This document shows positions 53,101 through 64,000 of a DNA stretch of 64,000 bases, one piece after another. Source of the DNA: Haplodiscus bocki (taxonomy: Eukaryota); contig OZ296652.1 of NCBI GenBank assembly GCA_965655095.1, positions 82,398,001 through 82,462,000 on the forward strand, in the 5' to 3' direction. Each line of letters starts with the position of its first letter. The first letter of the stretch is position 1. A model generated the notes under the pieces. It made no database searches. It was not told the DNA's origin and saw only the letters and a program-made list of their open reading frames with translations. The position numbers and the translations under genes were made by a program.

Positions 53101-55445
53101 CTTCACCGATGAAATTCATTCCGGACGCTTTTTCAAAAAAATTTCACGCGCGAACAATTTCAATCCCACTAATAAAAGAAACCACTTTGTTTTTGCGGGT
53201 TTGAAAATAGCAAAGAAAGTCAGCTACGAATACCATTACTGGGGAGTTAACAAAAAAGTTATGGATATTATTAACAAGAGAAAGAAAGTATCAGAAACTC
53301 TTCAGTTCAAAGAAGGGCGACAAAACATCAGAAAACGCGGAAATCATCGGTTGATTTTTGACAGCAACTCAATCAAAAAAATATGGGTCCCCAAAAGACT
53401 CGACAAAAGAAGAAGAGGCAATGTGGCGGCCATCGATTCAGAGCTATTGTTTAGAAACAATGAAAAAAAGAGATGGGACGGAGGTTATTTTGAAATCAAT
53501 GAACCAAGAGCGAGTTCGAGCACGGAACAAAATAAAATTGAACGCGAAATTGTGTCGAGCACCGAGGACTACGACAACAACGAAAAAAGTTACATTTTGT
53601 TCGAATCAACAACATTATTGAAAAGCCAAAAACGAAAAAAATCCGAAGCTGAAAAATATTTGAAGAGAGCCGAATTAGACTTCATGGTTGACTCAAAAAC
53701 TTCGATACTCAAAACGTCCGTTGATTTGAAATTGCTATCACTGAAGATTTGTGTGAGAAATCTACAGAAAGGAAGCGTCCCCGAGGAAATCTTTCCAGTT
53801 TTCAACGAAATTATCGAATGATTCGGTCTTTTATTTTCAGGTGATAAAACTGTGATACCCGATGAACTGAGAAAGCAAGTAGTGGACGCACTACACTTCG
53901 GCCGGCCTCAACGAAAATGCTAGCTGAAGGCAATATTTTTTGGTGTCCCAGAACGACAAAGGACATCGAGAAAAAGTGCAAAGTGCAGTAAAAGCACTGC
54001 GTACATGAGTTCTGGAAAGAAATTAAAGTATCAATTACCGTTGACCAAAAAAATTCTAACTACCAGTATTGACCGAACCTGGCCAAGAGATACAAAGTGA
54101 TTTTTCCGGTAAATTATATAATAAACATGTAATCGGTGAACCATATATTTTATCGGATATGATCGGTATACCAAATGGCCCGTAGTTCGGGTATGCAAAT
54201 CAACCGAAACGTAAGAAGTTATAAAATTTCTCGAAAACCTCATCAACTTTTAAGGCGTCCCCGAAAAAAATAAACAGATAGGGGCAATGCATTCATATCG
54301 AAAGAAGACAAAACGTTCCGTGAAAGTAAAAACATCGAAATAGAAAAAAACCCACCGAGATTAAATACCTGTACGGAAGCGGTGTAACGTGCAATACAAA
54401 CACTATAGAATATAGTTATCGCCAAATAAGGAGATAAGATCGGTCTCACCGAAAGTATAAACCGAGGTTTGAGATTGATGCGATTCACCATACACACCGA
54501 ACTTGAAGTGAGCTTTTTTGAACTCCATCACGGTAGAAAACCTAGAACCTAATTGACTAATATTTTCAAAGACTATGAAAGTTATCTATCCGACCAAACA
54601 ACATTGAACGTTTCAATACCACCGAAGCAGAAACCGATCTATGTGGCCCGAAGAGAAAAAAGAGGTGACCGACCACATAGTTATGCCCCGTAAAAGGAAC
54701 ATACCATGCTGCACGTCACACAAATCACCAAAAAGAAGACCGGCAACGCCGGTTAGTGGGAACTTGCAGTATCCGTATAAATTTTTCGAGAAAAGAAATA
54801 AAAAAATCACTGGAAAGAAAAAATAAAGAACAACCGAGAATTGCCGTAGACGGTACCGAATGTACGCTCCGTTCTGCAAATAATAAAAATTTACACCGAA
54901 AACTAATGTCGAAACTACTTGAATTTCAGGGATCACCGAAGAAAGACATGTCTCCGAAAAAGCAAAAACTGCGAGAAACCAGTGGAAAGTACGTCAGCGC
55001 GTCGGAAAGAGCACAATTGATCGACGAGGGAATCATTTCCAAATCTGAATCGAAAGGCTGGAAAGTAGAATCGGACGAAGAAGACAGCGACTTCGACTGT
55101 TACGACAAACCCGACGGAAAGCCGGTACACGTCACCATCGACAAAGAACTAGCCTTCGACAAACCAACCCTCGCACTCCTACCAAACAAATCGGAAGAAG
55201 ACGAAATTCACAGTAGCGGTAAGACGGTGGATGGGGACGGTAATATTAGCTTATGCTGATCAACCCGATTATTTAAACCACCGTAACGTTTGGGTACTGT
55301 ACCATATTTCTAAACTTTAATTAACATTTATTATAATTGTGGGACCCTCGAAAGGAACTGTCCAAGGCGAGATTAATGTCGATGGAAGAAATTGAAAATG
55401 ATCAAGACCCGAACGGAGACGACGGAGATTGCGAAAACAAGTACC

Positions 55446-55462
55446 GGAAAGAAAGAGGGGAA
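55446..55462 (+). promoter_or_regulatory. Polypurine tract
   Basis: GGAAAGAAAGAGGGGAA directly before the 3' LTR. Confidence 0.85.
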
Positions 55463-55671
55463 TGCTATACGGTGACCTCCGTACATTCGGTTATATAACT
55501 GTATTGAATCAGAAACTATATTTAGAAACTTGTTTGTGTATGTATTATTAGTAAATAATACACTTTTGTTATGTTCGGAATACCGTAAATCATTATACCA
55601 AGAAAATTAAGCGATTTACAATTAGATTATTGGAAGTCATTCGTTTTTACCCAATAAGCTTGAGTAGAACA
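55463..55671 (+). repeat. 3' LTR
   Basis: TGCTATACGG...TACCCAATAAGCTTGAGTAGAACA followed by the TSD ATGGT. Confidence 0.9.
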
Positions 55672-56139
55672 ATGGTAACTTGGAATCTTCTCGTAAAGTT
55701 TCGGCAAAAGTCAGAAAAATCCGTTGAATAGGTGATGAGATAGAAATCCAGCTATGAACAATATATATTCGTCTTGGAAATTAACTTAATTTTTTTTTCG
55801 AAATTGCCTAGGATTTTATTTTGTCAACGTCTAAAGAGGCTTCGTTCCGATCGCCTAAGAATACATTTAAAAATTAGTCTTTTTATAGGGGATTCACAAA
55901 GCGTTGAAAGCAAAATCAAGCTCTATAAGCACTCAGTGCATTCTGGGCCTCATTCTTTAACTATTTGATATGATATATGATATTGGATTTTTGCTGTAAT
56001 TGCAATGTAAATTTCGAGTTCAATTCCGTCCAAAAATGGTTTCGTCGGAGAATGGAGCCTCCTTTTGTTTGTTTGTGTTTTTAAAAAAAGAAAAATAAGA
56101 CTTTCTTTTGTATGTTAATAAATTTTTATACTGATAGCT

Positions 56140-58159
56140 CAACTAACTAAGTTCAAGATACTGGCTCACTTTCTTGCACAAATAGAGGCACCGAGTATTT
56201 TGAAGTAATTTTCTGTAAAATTTCTCTGTAAAGAGATTTTCGGACCAATTTTTGAAGGCGTGAACTCCTGTTAATTGTGAGTAATGGGAAATATCGAAAG
56301 AATTTATAATCGTAGTTTCTAAATTTACCATGAATAGGTTGTGTAATAACAACGGATGATTTTGATCAACTCCTCTCTGTCATAGCGTTGCTCGCTTTCT
56401 TGTATTCTTGAAATGCATCCTAAAATATTGCAGTTCTTCAGTTTCAAAGTATCTCAAAAATTAAAGGGTCACGCATTTTATCACCAAATTGAATTTATTT
56501 ATTGGTGAATGAATTTACCAAATTGTGAGTCGGCAAATGAAGACACTGATGAAGCAACAAGATAGTGTTTTCGAATGGTTGAAACAAGGAATCTTGAGAA
56601 ATGTTGCTGTTGATTTGCTGAATATTTCACTCTACTATTTTGGATGTTCATACACTGTCAAATTTAGGCTACAGATTTAAAATGTCTTTTATGTCAAGCC
56701 TTTGCTTGATTTTGTTCCTGAGTTCTTGCAGAAACATTCTGATGACGTTTTAGTTGCTTTAAGCAATTGAAAGTTTTCAAACAGAAAATGTTCAAATTTT
56801 TGACCTTCTTCTTTGAGGATTGTGATCAATTTGTTCATCTGGTCATCATCCAGGGGTCGCTCTTTGAAGGAGAGGAAAGTGACGTCAATTTCTGACCAAT
56901 CAAAAGCCAGTTTGGACACAGACGAGCCCACCAGAATAAATTCGCACCCTGCGACACGAAATACATTTCTTTCAGTGGGTCACTTCTCTTTGAATTGAAT
57001 ATAATAGTAAATTACGAATTACTTTCGAATTCGAAATATTCTGAAATAGCTCTGTTCAAGCTGGCTTCCACGTTGCGCTTCGTTGCATGAACAGGCTCGC
57101 TTTGTTTGTAAGTCAAGTTCAAATCTTTCAACTGGTGAGTGATCTAAAGAGAGAATGAGCGTTTTTTGAATTCAAACGTGCCGAGGACAGCCAGAGTCGA
57201 CGGCGCTGCTTGAAAACTCAAAAAAAATCGTAATTAGGACCTTTACTGTTTTATAAATGTTTGCGGACAAAGGTTCAGAATTTTCAGGAAAAGTTTTCAT
57301 GAAAGAGGGATATCTCCATTTTTTTGGTGAAAACTATTTTGTATCAGTGCTGAAAATTATGTAGTGAGACCTTCTTGTACGTTATACACAGACCGGAATC
57401 TGCAGTCGAATGGCTGCTGTTGATGCTAACAATTGTACCATCCAAAACGCCCAAAAAAGTTCTATAAACCTCTTTTTTTCATACACTGGGAGATACAAAA
57501 AGGCAAATATCGACTTTCACGTACGTATAACCTCATGGGGTAGTTCGAAAAATTGTTTTTTTTGCCTGTTGGGAAACTTTGGTATGCGTAAGTGAAGGGA
57601 TATTTGCCTTACTGTATTTTCCTGTTTAAAGAAAAGGGAGTTATAACCTTTTTTTTCGGTTTTTTTGATGTACGATTAGCAGCGAAAATACCTGCCATTT
57701 GACAAACTTGAGCAATTATTTTAAAAAAAGAGGCAAAAAAACTTGAAATTTGTCAATTTTTTTTGTTTGTGGGTAAAAAAATGCAACGATTGTCAAGAAT
57801 TTACAAAAATAGATGACAGATGTTATCTCTTTTAGTTACAGCATGTTCGGAGAAATACGAACCATTACTCCATTACTATTTTTACATAAATTTTGGAAGC
57901 TATTATAGCGGGTGTGAAGTTTAAATGTCTTACAGAATCGAAGGCTTTATCGCTACCATACATTGCTTTTACTCTCCAGTTTAGGCCGAGTTTCGGTCCT
58001 TTCTTCCCTTTTCCTTTCTTCCTGCCTTTTTTGCCTTTCCCTAAAAATTGAGGTAGTTTACTTTTAATCATCACTGACAGCATTAGCTGTGGAAAAGATG
58101 AAACTTGTCAATTAACCTTTTTTGCCTTTGGATCCTTTTTTCAGTTTCTCAGAGCCCAT
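56140..58159 (-). pseudogene. Multi-exon F-box/LRR-like gene with a Gly/Lys-rich N-terminus, apparently damaged
   Basis: Phase-compatible exons 58117-58159 (MGSEKLKKGSKGKK), 57934-58040 and 57525-57621 (..FFELPHEVI, F-box-like start). Further exons 57023-57143 and from 56948 leftward. LRR-like TLKLKNC and FDISHYSQLTG. Stops and frameshifts at 57240-57460 and below 56750. Confidence 0.5.
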
Positions 58160-59956
58160 AATTGGAGAGAATTATTAATAATTTAAGCAATTGAATTTGA
58201 CAAATTAGATTGGATGCATAATGCAGCCGAGTTTGCGTTAATGCATTCAAGACAACTCAGCGAACGTATACTGCGTTACTATAAAATAATAATTATATAA
58301 GTTTGAATTTGAGCAGACAGACTACTGATTATTGTTCAAAAAAACCACTAGCTTGCATTTCATGACATTGTCTGTTGAACATGTGTGCATTGTTTCTACG
58401 TTTTGATTTGTCGTTTAATTTTGATGAACTGATGACAAGCCTGGATCGGCCCAAGTCGGCGCTGTCCGTATGGCTCAAAATACAAATGGGACAGGAGACT
58501 TTTAACTTTGAAAAGTTTTGGGAGTTTTGGAAATCACTTTCTGGTAACCACAAAGGAGGTATCACAAAAGTTTACCGCAAAACTTTGGGAACATGAAATA
58601 GTGTATCAAGAAAATACTTTATATTTGCTTTTTTGGGTATGTTTGTGGGCGGTGTCACGGAAATATTTGGGCATGGCGTTTTCAAGAAGTGGTAAACACG
58701 TAACAAGGTATCTCGAAAATCTTTGGCATGTATTTTTTCAAAAAAAAAATGATATAGCAAGTGGGTATCACGAAGTTAGTTGAAAAAAAATTTACATTAC
58801 CAAAAATTTCGCTGGGAGACTTTTTTTGCAATCCTGTAAGACGTGGTCCTTCTCAGGAAAGTCAGGAAGCCTTCGGAGCCTTTCAAGAAATTTGTGTTTT
58901 ATGTATTGAAATTGGATCGATTCGAAAATAGGAAAAGCGTCTTTTGGAAAAAAGTCTAAAAGGAAAAGTGACTGCAATAATCCACACTTTTACATTTTCA
59001 TACAGAGCCTAGTTAAAATAATTCGGACTTTATATCTGCTAGTAGTTTTGCATCCAAATGTTTTGAGAATGACTCGAAAGTATAGAAAATCTTTTATTTT
59101 AGCATTGTAACGGTAGAAAAACCTGCGGAGCATTTTGGAACAATTGGAAGTCAAAGATTTGCAAATAAACCAACCGTTGCTCAAGTAATTGGATGTAGTT
59201 TCAGAAATGAGCAAATTCATTAAACTGAACTTCCACATATCATATGAAATGATGATCGAAGCAAATTTCGAAACTTTTTGTAAATAAGCAGTGACAGTCG
59301 TAAAAAAATTTGCTGAAAGATGAAAAGTTCCTCATTTTAAAACTCCTTCACTTTGGTACCACTACTTACTTAAAATTACTATTCACATGTATATTAAAAG
59401 GAGAATTGAAATCGTTAGTAGTCATTACCTTGATTAATTAGTTCAAGTTTAAACATAACATTTTGCCTTTTCAAAAAACCCCGCCTGTTTGAAGAAGGCA
59501 TTTTCACTGATAAGGAATCTTTTGAAAAGCAATCAAGTCAATCGGATAGTTATTATAACTTGAAAGGTAAGTTGGTTTAGTTTTTGGGTTGTTGCAAAGT
59601 AATATTATGGTAGAATTTTCTCACGGGTGTTTGTGTGGAGGATGAAAAGCGTCCGATTTTGACACCTTCTGGTTTGGTCACACCTCTTTGAGCAGAGACG
59701 AGTAGCTGCACTTTTCTCACACTGGTCCCACTCAACTCGCTCTCGTTCCCACACCAATTCCCTCAATCTCATTTTGCACCATCCATTTTCCCAGACACCA
59801 ACCCGCAAAAAATACTATCAAAACCAAATTCACAATCAAAAATATCACTCGTCAAGTTCAACGTAACTTCTCTCTTCACTCAAAAAAACAACCAAACAAC
59901 CTTGACCGACTCTTGCCCCTCAACAAACAGTTTGATCAACCTCACAATCTTACAAC

Positions 59957-61002
59957 ATGTCTATCTTGTCGACCAACACCTGTACCTGTTCCTCGTTTGT
60001 GTTCATCACCCTCGCAGCAATCTCTCTCCTGGCCTCTTCTGTTCATGCTAGAAGTGCCCCTCTGCACCCATGCACCTTTATACACATGCTAGAATACCAT
60101 CTGCGTTTTTATATTTTTACCTGAAAGAGATTTGCGAAATACAACACAGGAGTCGATGAATTTTGAAATAATTTTCTGGCAAGGAGCATTTAATGAATAA
60201 ATGTTTAAGAACTCCTTTTCTTTTCAGTTCTGACACTTCCAACTCTGAGGCACTGAGCGTGGCTGCCTTTTCCTGTGTTGGCACTCCAGACTCTGACTCC
60301 CAATCTCACCCGCAAGAGGGACACCTGCAGTGGATGTTTGCTTCTGGCTCTCTCCTCCTCTTAATCAACACAGCCACAAGCACCTCTCTGAACAACAGAA
60401 AAGTGTGCGTGCAATTCGAAGAGGGTTCCTCTTCAGTTGTGCCCTTATTGGTGGACAGCCATCGAATGAGAAGCAGGGGACAGGTTGTATGCAAACAAGT
60501 CGGGACAACAGGACGAGTGAGTTTTCTGTTGGAGAGCAACTTCAAACCCTTTGATGCCCGACACATCTTCCTCAAATACTCAATCCAACATAACTGACCA
60601 TTGAGAATTAAATAGTTCAAATTTATGACGTCGAACCTTCCAGGGAAAAGTGTTCCTCGGCAGAATGGACCATGCATTCAACTGATTTTCAGTGATTGCT
60701 CCTGCGATCTTGGTTGCAGCCGCAAGAGTAGCGAGCGCCTATTGACTTCAGTCCAACAGCACTACAATCTTGCTCATTGGTGAAATTTTTGCTTACTACA
60801 GCGCCGAGTCATCGCTCTTGCGGAATATCTGCTTGTTAGAAATAAGAAGGACGTAGATTCAAGCTTTTTCCTTCTTCTATTTAAGCTTGTCCGCAGAAAG
60901 GGGGCAGAAATGGAGGACTCGCCATAGACACTTATCTACTTTGGTCTATTTATAGCTCAATACTTCAAAAAAGAGACCCATTGCAAGCAATCATAACAGA
61001 CC
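59957..61002 (+). CDS. Meteorin/METRNL-like secreted protein; gene model uncertain, may be a pseudogene
   Basis: ATG 59957 followed by a signal-peptide-like stretch (FVFITLAAISLLASSVHA). Exon from 60228 reads QEGHLQWMFASGSLLLLI..VCV..VVCK..RVSFLLES..FLKYSI, matching the meteorin pattern EGxxxWxxPxGxLxL..C..C..LFL..FxY. Exon 60693-60779 reads CSRKSSERLL (cf. CRPCSDxELL). NTR-like CP..L..TYLL at ~60890-60945. Confidence 0.6.
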
Positions 61003-61929
61003 TGCGGCCCCGAGAATCGCAAAATTGTTGTTCAGTGTAAGATGCAGAAAACTGGATTATGTTGAACTTTCAGATGAAACGACAAAAATTTATCGCACAT
61101 CTCGTTTGGAGACCAAAAAGCAGCTTCAGTCTGGCCACAGGAGAGTAATTTATCTGAATTTTCAGATTCATCTTTTATATGCCATCATTTAATCATTCTT
61201 AATTGTAAATAGAAATTATTCATCAGTTTCTGACTCAACAAATCATTTATTTTTCGCCATTAGTTTTTTAAAACGAAAGAAGAAATAAGAAGTTGCAAGC
61301 TCTTCCATATCCTAGATATGGAGCGAGGTACACAGGTTCCTCTAAGAAGAAAGACAAAAATTTTATTGCTGCCTTTTCCGAAAATATCTATGGCTGGTTT
61401 TTCAGTAATTTCTGTTTTTAAGCAAAGACAATTTGACGGTGCATTGTTGCTGTTGATGTCACCCATGTAGACAGGGACATTTGAGGCAAAAATAAAAGTT
61501 TCGCTTAATTTTCTCATTTTTTTACCAGCTCTTGACTATTCCTCTCATTTAATGAGTTCATTGTGTCTTGAAGCAGAAATTTTTCAAGTATATTGCAAGT
61601 TTCATTTTCAGAAAATTAGTGAAATTAATTAGCTGCAGAAGATCAATTTAGCCAGTAGGTGCTTCTGTTATGAATACAAATAAATGTTAAAAAAGGAGTG
61701 TAAACTTTTTGAGTTGCAGGTACTTCCGACAGCTCAGACACTTTCGAGCATTTTTCTAAAGCAGACAGCCTCAGTATAAATCGAGATTAGCAATCTTACA
61801 AACTTTTGCTTCTTCCACTTTGTCATCATTGACTGGTGTTACCGATAATTTGAAACAATGCGCAGAAAAAAAATGAAATCAATAGGCCTTAAACTATTGG
61901 TTAATTAGAAAAAAGAAGGTAATGAAACG

Positions 61930-62301
61930 CGAAAACGTCCGCTCCAAGTGGCCGTCGAATTATTACCACCGTACCAACCAAACTTTAGTAACTGGTTACC
62001 ATCACTAATCCCTGGTCTTGAAGCTGCCTGATTTTTTGGTTCACCTGAATCTGCCACTGGAAACTTTGCACCAACGAGTATAAGCTCTTCTCTTCCTTCC
62101 TGGGGTAAAAACAGCAGAAGCGGAAAACTCTTCAGTTCAGTTTAAATTTTTTTTTCAAAATGAATGTCGACCGAATTTTAACAAGCGGCTGGATCTAAAA
62201 GTAATCGAGATAACTGACCACACCTTTCAGCGTAACAATCTCCCATTGGATACGTTCCAGACTCGAGTCGACATTCCTTCCTGGCATTTTCGAACATGTT
62301 T
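61930..62301 (-). CDS. Possible C-type lectin-like domain exons
   Basis: Acceptors at 62302 and 62100. FENARKEC..CGQL followed by LILVG..SDGNQLLKFGWYG follows the CTLD pattern. Confidence 0.35.
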
Positions 62302-62550
62302 CTAATGAAATTAAAAACTAAACGGTAACGTCTTTTTGAATATATTGTATCTAAAAATGTTTTTTTTTTCAGAAAAGGCTTAATCATCAATATCTGTTGA
62401 AAAAAAAACAAAGAAAACAGTTAACTGCAAACGAAACTGCCATTTTTGGAAATTTGAAGCCATCGGAAACCGGTAGCATGGGATCGTTTGTGATTAGATT
62501 CACCTTCTAAATAACGGCTCAGTGAACAAAGTGTACGATGTTATAGACTT

Positions 62551-63267
62551 TGTTTGTAACATTGACACCTTTCAATCAAGGAGGGGTACAATCCTTAGGT
62601 GCAGGGTTCCAGACCCGAAAGTTTTGGGCTACTCACAAACCCCGTTAGTTGTAAGTGGTTAATTATTGAGAGTGCTCTGAGGTATACGCCTCAAAATAAC
62701 CTTTCTAAAAAAGCTGGACTAGTCAATCCTCGGCTTTAAATCGTACCCACTTAACTAAAAATTCTAGTGCCTGTTGCAAAAAATTATCTTAAAAGTGTAA
62801 TAATCTTAAATAGAAATCACTCTGCACCCTCAGGGACAAGAACAAGACGTCTAATCCAGAACCATGCGTTAGCCGGTACTGCAGACCTTGGATTGTCTAC
62901 ATGGTTCCCGACAGGGAGATGCTACGTTGGTACCTTACCGACTCTGGGCTCCGAGCTTTCAATCAGCCTCTGGCGGACCAGGACATAAGCGGGATTTTAC
63001 TTAATTCATACTCATCCGGAGTTGAGGGAATTCCCCTTCTTATTCCTAAACACCTAACGAATTCAAGTAAAAACAGCCCCTGTGTATGCAAGTTGTTTCT
63101 ATCAGAGCGCGATTAAAGTCAACACTGAGGTAGTTTTCTGCTACCTCCCCACGTGCCAATGGGCCAAGACACAGAAACTCAAAAAACTCATTAGTAGGGT
63201 GGGACCTCGGTAACGTAAAAACTAAAGTCCCGTCCTTCCGTTCAATTAATTAGGGCAGTAACAAACA
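62551..63267. mobile_element. Possible solo LTR or non-autonomous TIR element
   Basis: Higher-GC block bounded by the imperfect inverted repeat TGTTTGTAAC / GTAACAAACA. No TSD found. Confidence 0.35.
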
Positions 63268-63796
63268 CAACGAAATCCCGGTAGCTATTTATAAAAACAA
63301 AGTCGAACCGAAGTTTCTCGGGCACTTGAATCCAACACAATGTTATGTTCACTTACATCTAAATTCCAGCCTATGAAATTTAAAGTCAATGACGAATTCA
63401 AAGAAAAACGGTGTTTTCCAAGAAAATTTTTAGAATTTATAAATTCTAAACCTATTTTAGAAATTAGATTGACCAAGAGAAACTTTTGGTCAATCTACTC
63501 ATTTCAGTTTTTATTGAGGGCGCACGTAGCGAAACTCTCTCCGTTTTTTTAGGCAAGCAATTGGTTTACTTTACACAAAAAAAATTTAGCTACAATTGGA
63601 AGTCTAGCTAAAAAACCCAATTCAAATTTCAACCCGATGCAGACAGGTATGGTAGGAACACAATAAGAAAAATTCCTTTCTTTCAGGAAAAAGGAGTTGG
63701 AAAGCTTACACGGAAAAAACTTCTCGAACATAAAATATTACAAACTTACATTCAATCGCACCACCGAGTCGTCGAGGGATCCCCCTGCTGTGGGCA

Positions 63797-63938
63797 NNNN
63801 NNNNNNNNNNNNNNNNNNNNNNNNNNNNNNNNNNNNNNNNNNNNNNNNNNNNNNNNNNNNNNNNNNNNNNNNNNNNNNNNNNNNNNNNNNNNNNNNNNNN
63901 NNNNNNNNNNNNNNNNNNNNNNNNNNNNNNNNNNNNNN
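63797..63938. other. Assembly gap (142 N)
   Basis: Run of N. Confidence 1.
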
Positions 63939-64000
63939 AGACGAAAAAAAGGACGCGAGTAAGAGAAATTTGATTTGGGTTTTGGAAATCTTAAAAGTAA

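Larger units (their letters stand above)
49991..55671 (+). mobile_element. Full-length degenerate Gypsy/Ty3 LTR retrotransposon
   Basis: Related TG..CA LTRs at both ends and a 5-bp TSD ATGGT (49986-49990, 55672-55676). Order is gag, protease (FIVNTG), RT (KIDLEYAYDQL, LDDILIVTRG), RNase H (PIAVASRYL..ELGLLAVEWGLENF), integrase. Confidence 0.95.

Noticed and set aside
57915-57950. KAFDSVRH read as a LINE RT motif
   Set aside because: It straddles a GTAAG donor of the F-box-like exon and no other RT motifs are nearby.
1-64000. Prokaryotic systems (CRISPR, operons), rRNA or tRNA genes
   Set aside because: The sequence is intron-containing eukaryotic DNA, and no repeat-spacer array or structural RNA gene was recognised.

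Overview
AT-rich eukaryotic (probably invertebrate animal) genomic DNA with short GT-AG introns and two assembly gaps (39232-39431, 63797-63938). Intact host genes: the first two coding exons of a GCK-III (STK24/25/26) kinase and a complete ribosomal protein uL14/RPL23 gene with a TOP-like leader, both on the minus strand. Probable or damaged genes: a meteorin-like secreted protein, an F-box/LRR gene and C-type-lectin-like exons. Most of the window is decayed mobile DNA: CR1/L2-like LINEs, a CRE-clade retrotransposon, one full-length Gypsy element (LTRs, PBS, PPT, 5-bp TSD) and older Gypsy and Bel/Pao relics. The most notable region is about 34.6-45.4 kb. There, relics of a Polinton/adintovirus-like virion module and a protein-primed PolB sit next to two decayed non-canonical poly(A) polymerase/TUTase (Cid1/GLD-2 family) copies. 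One copy is spliced and the other lacks at least one of its introns. All family calls come from motifs recognised by eye, not from database searches.
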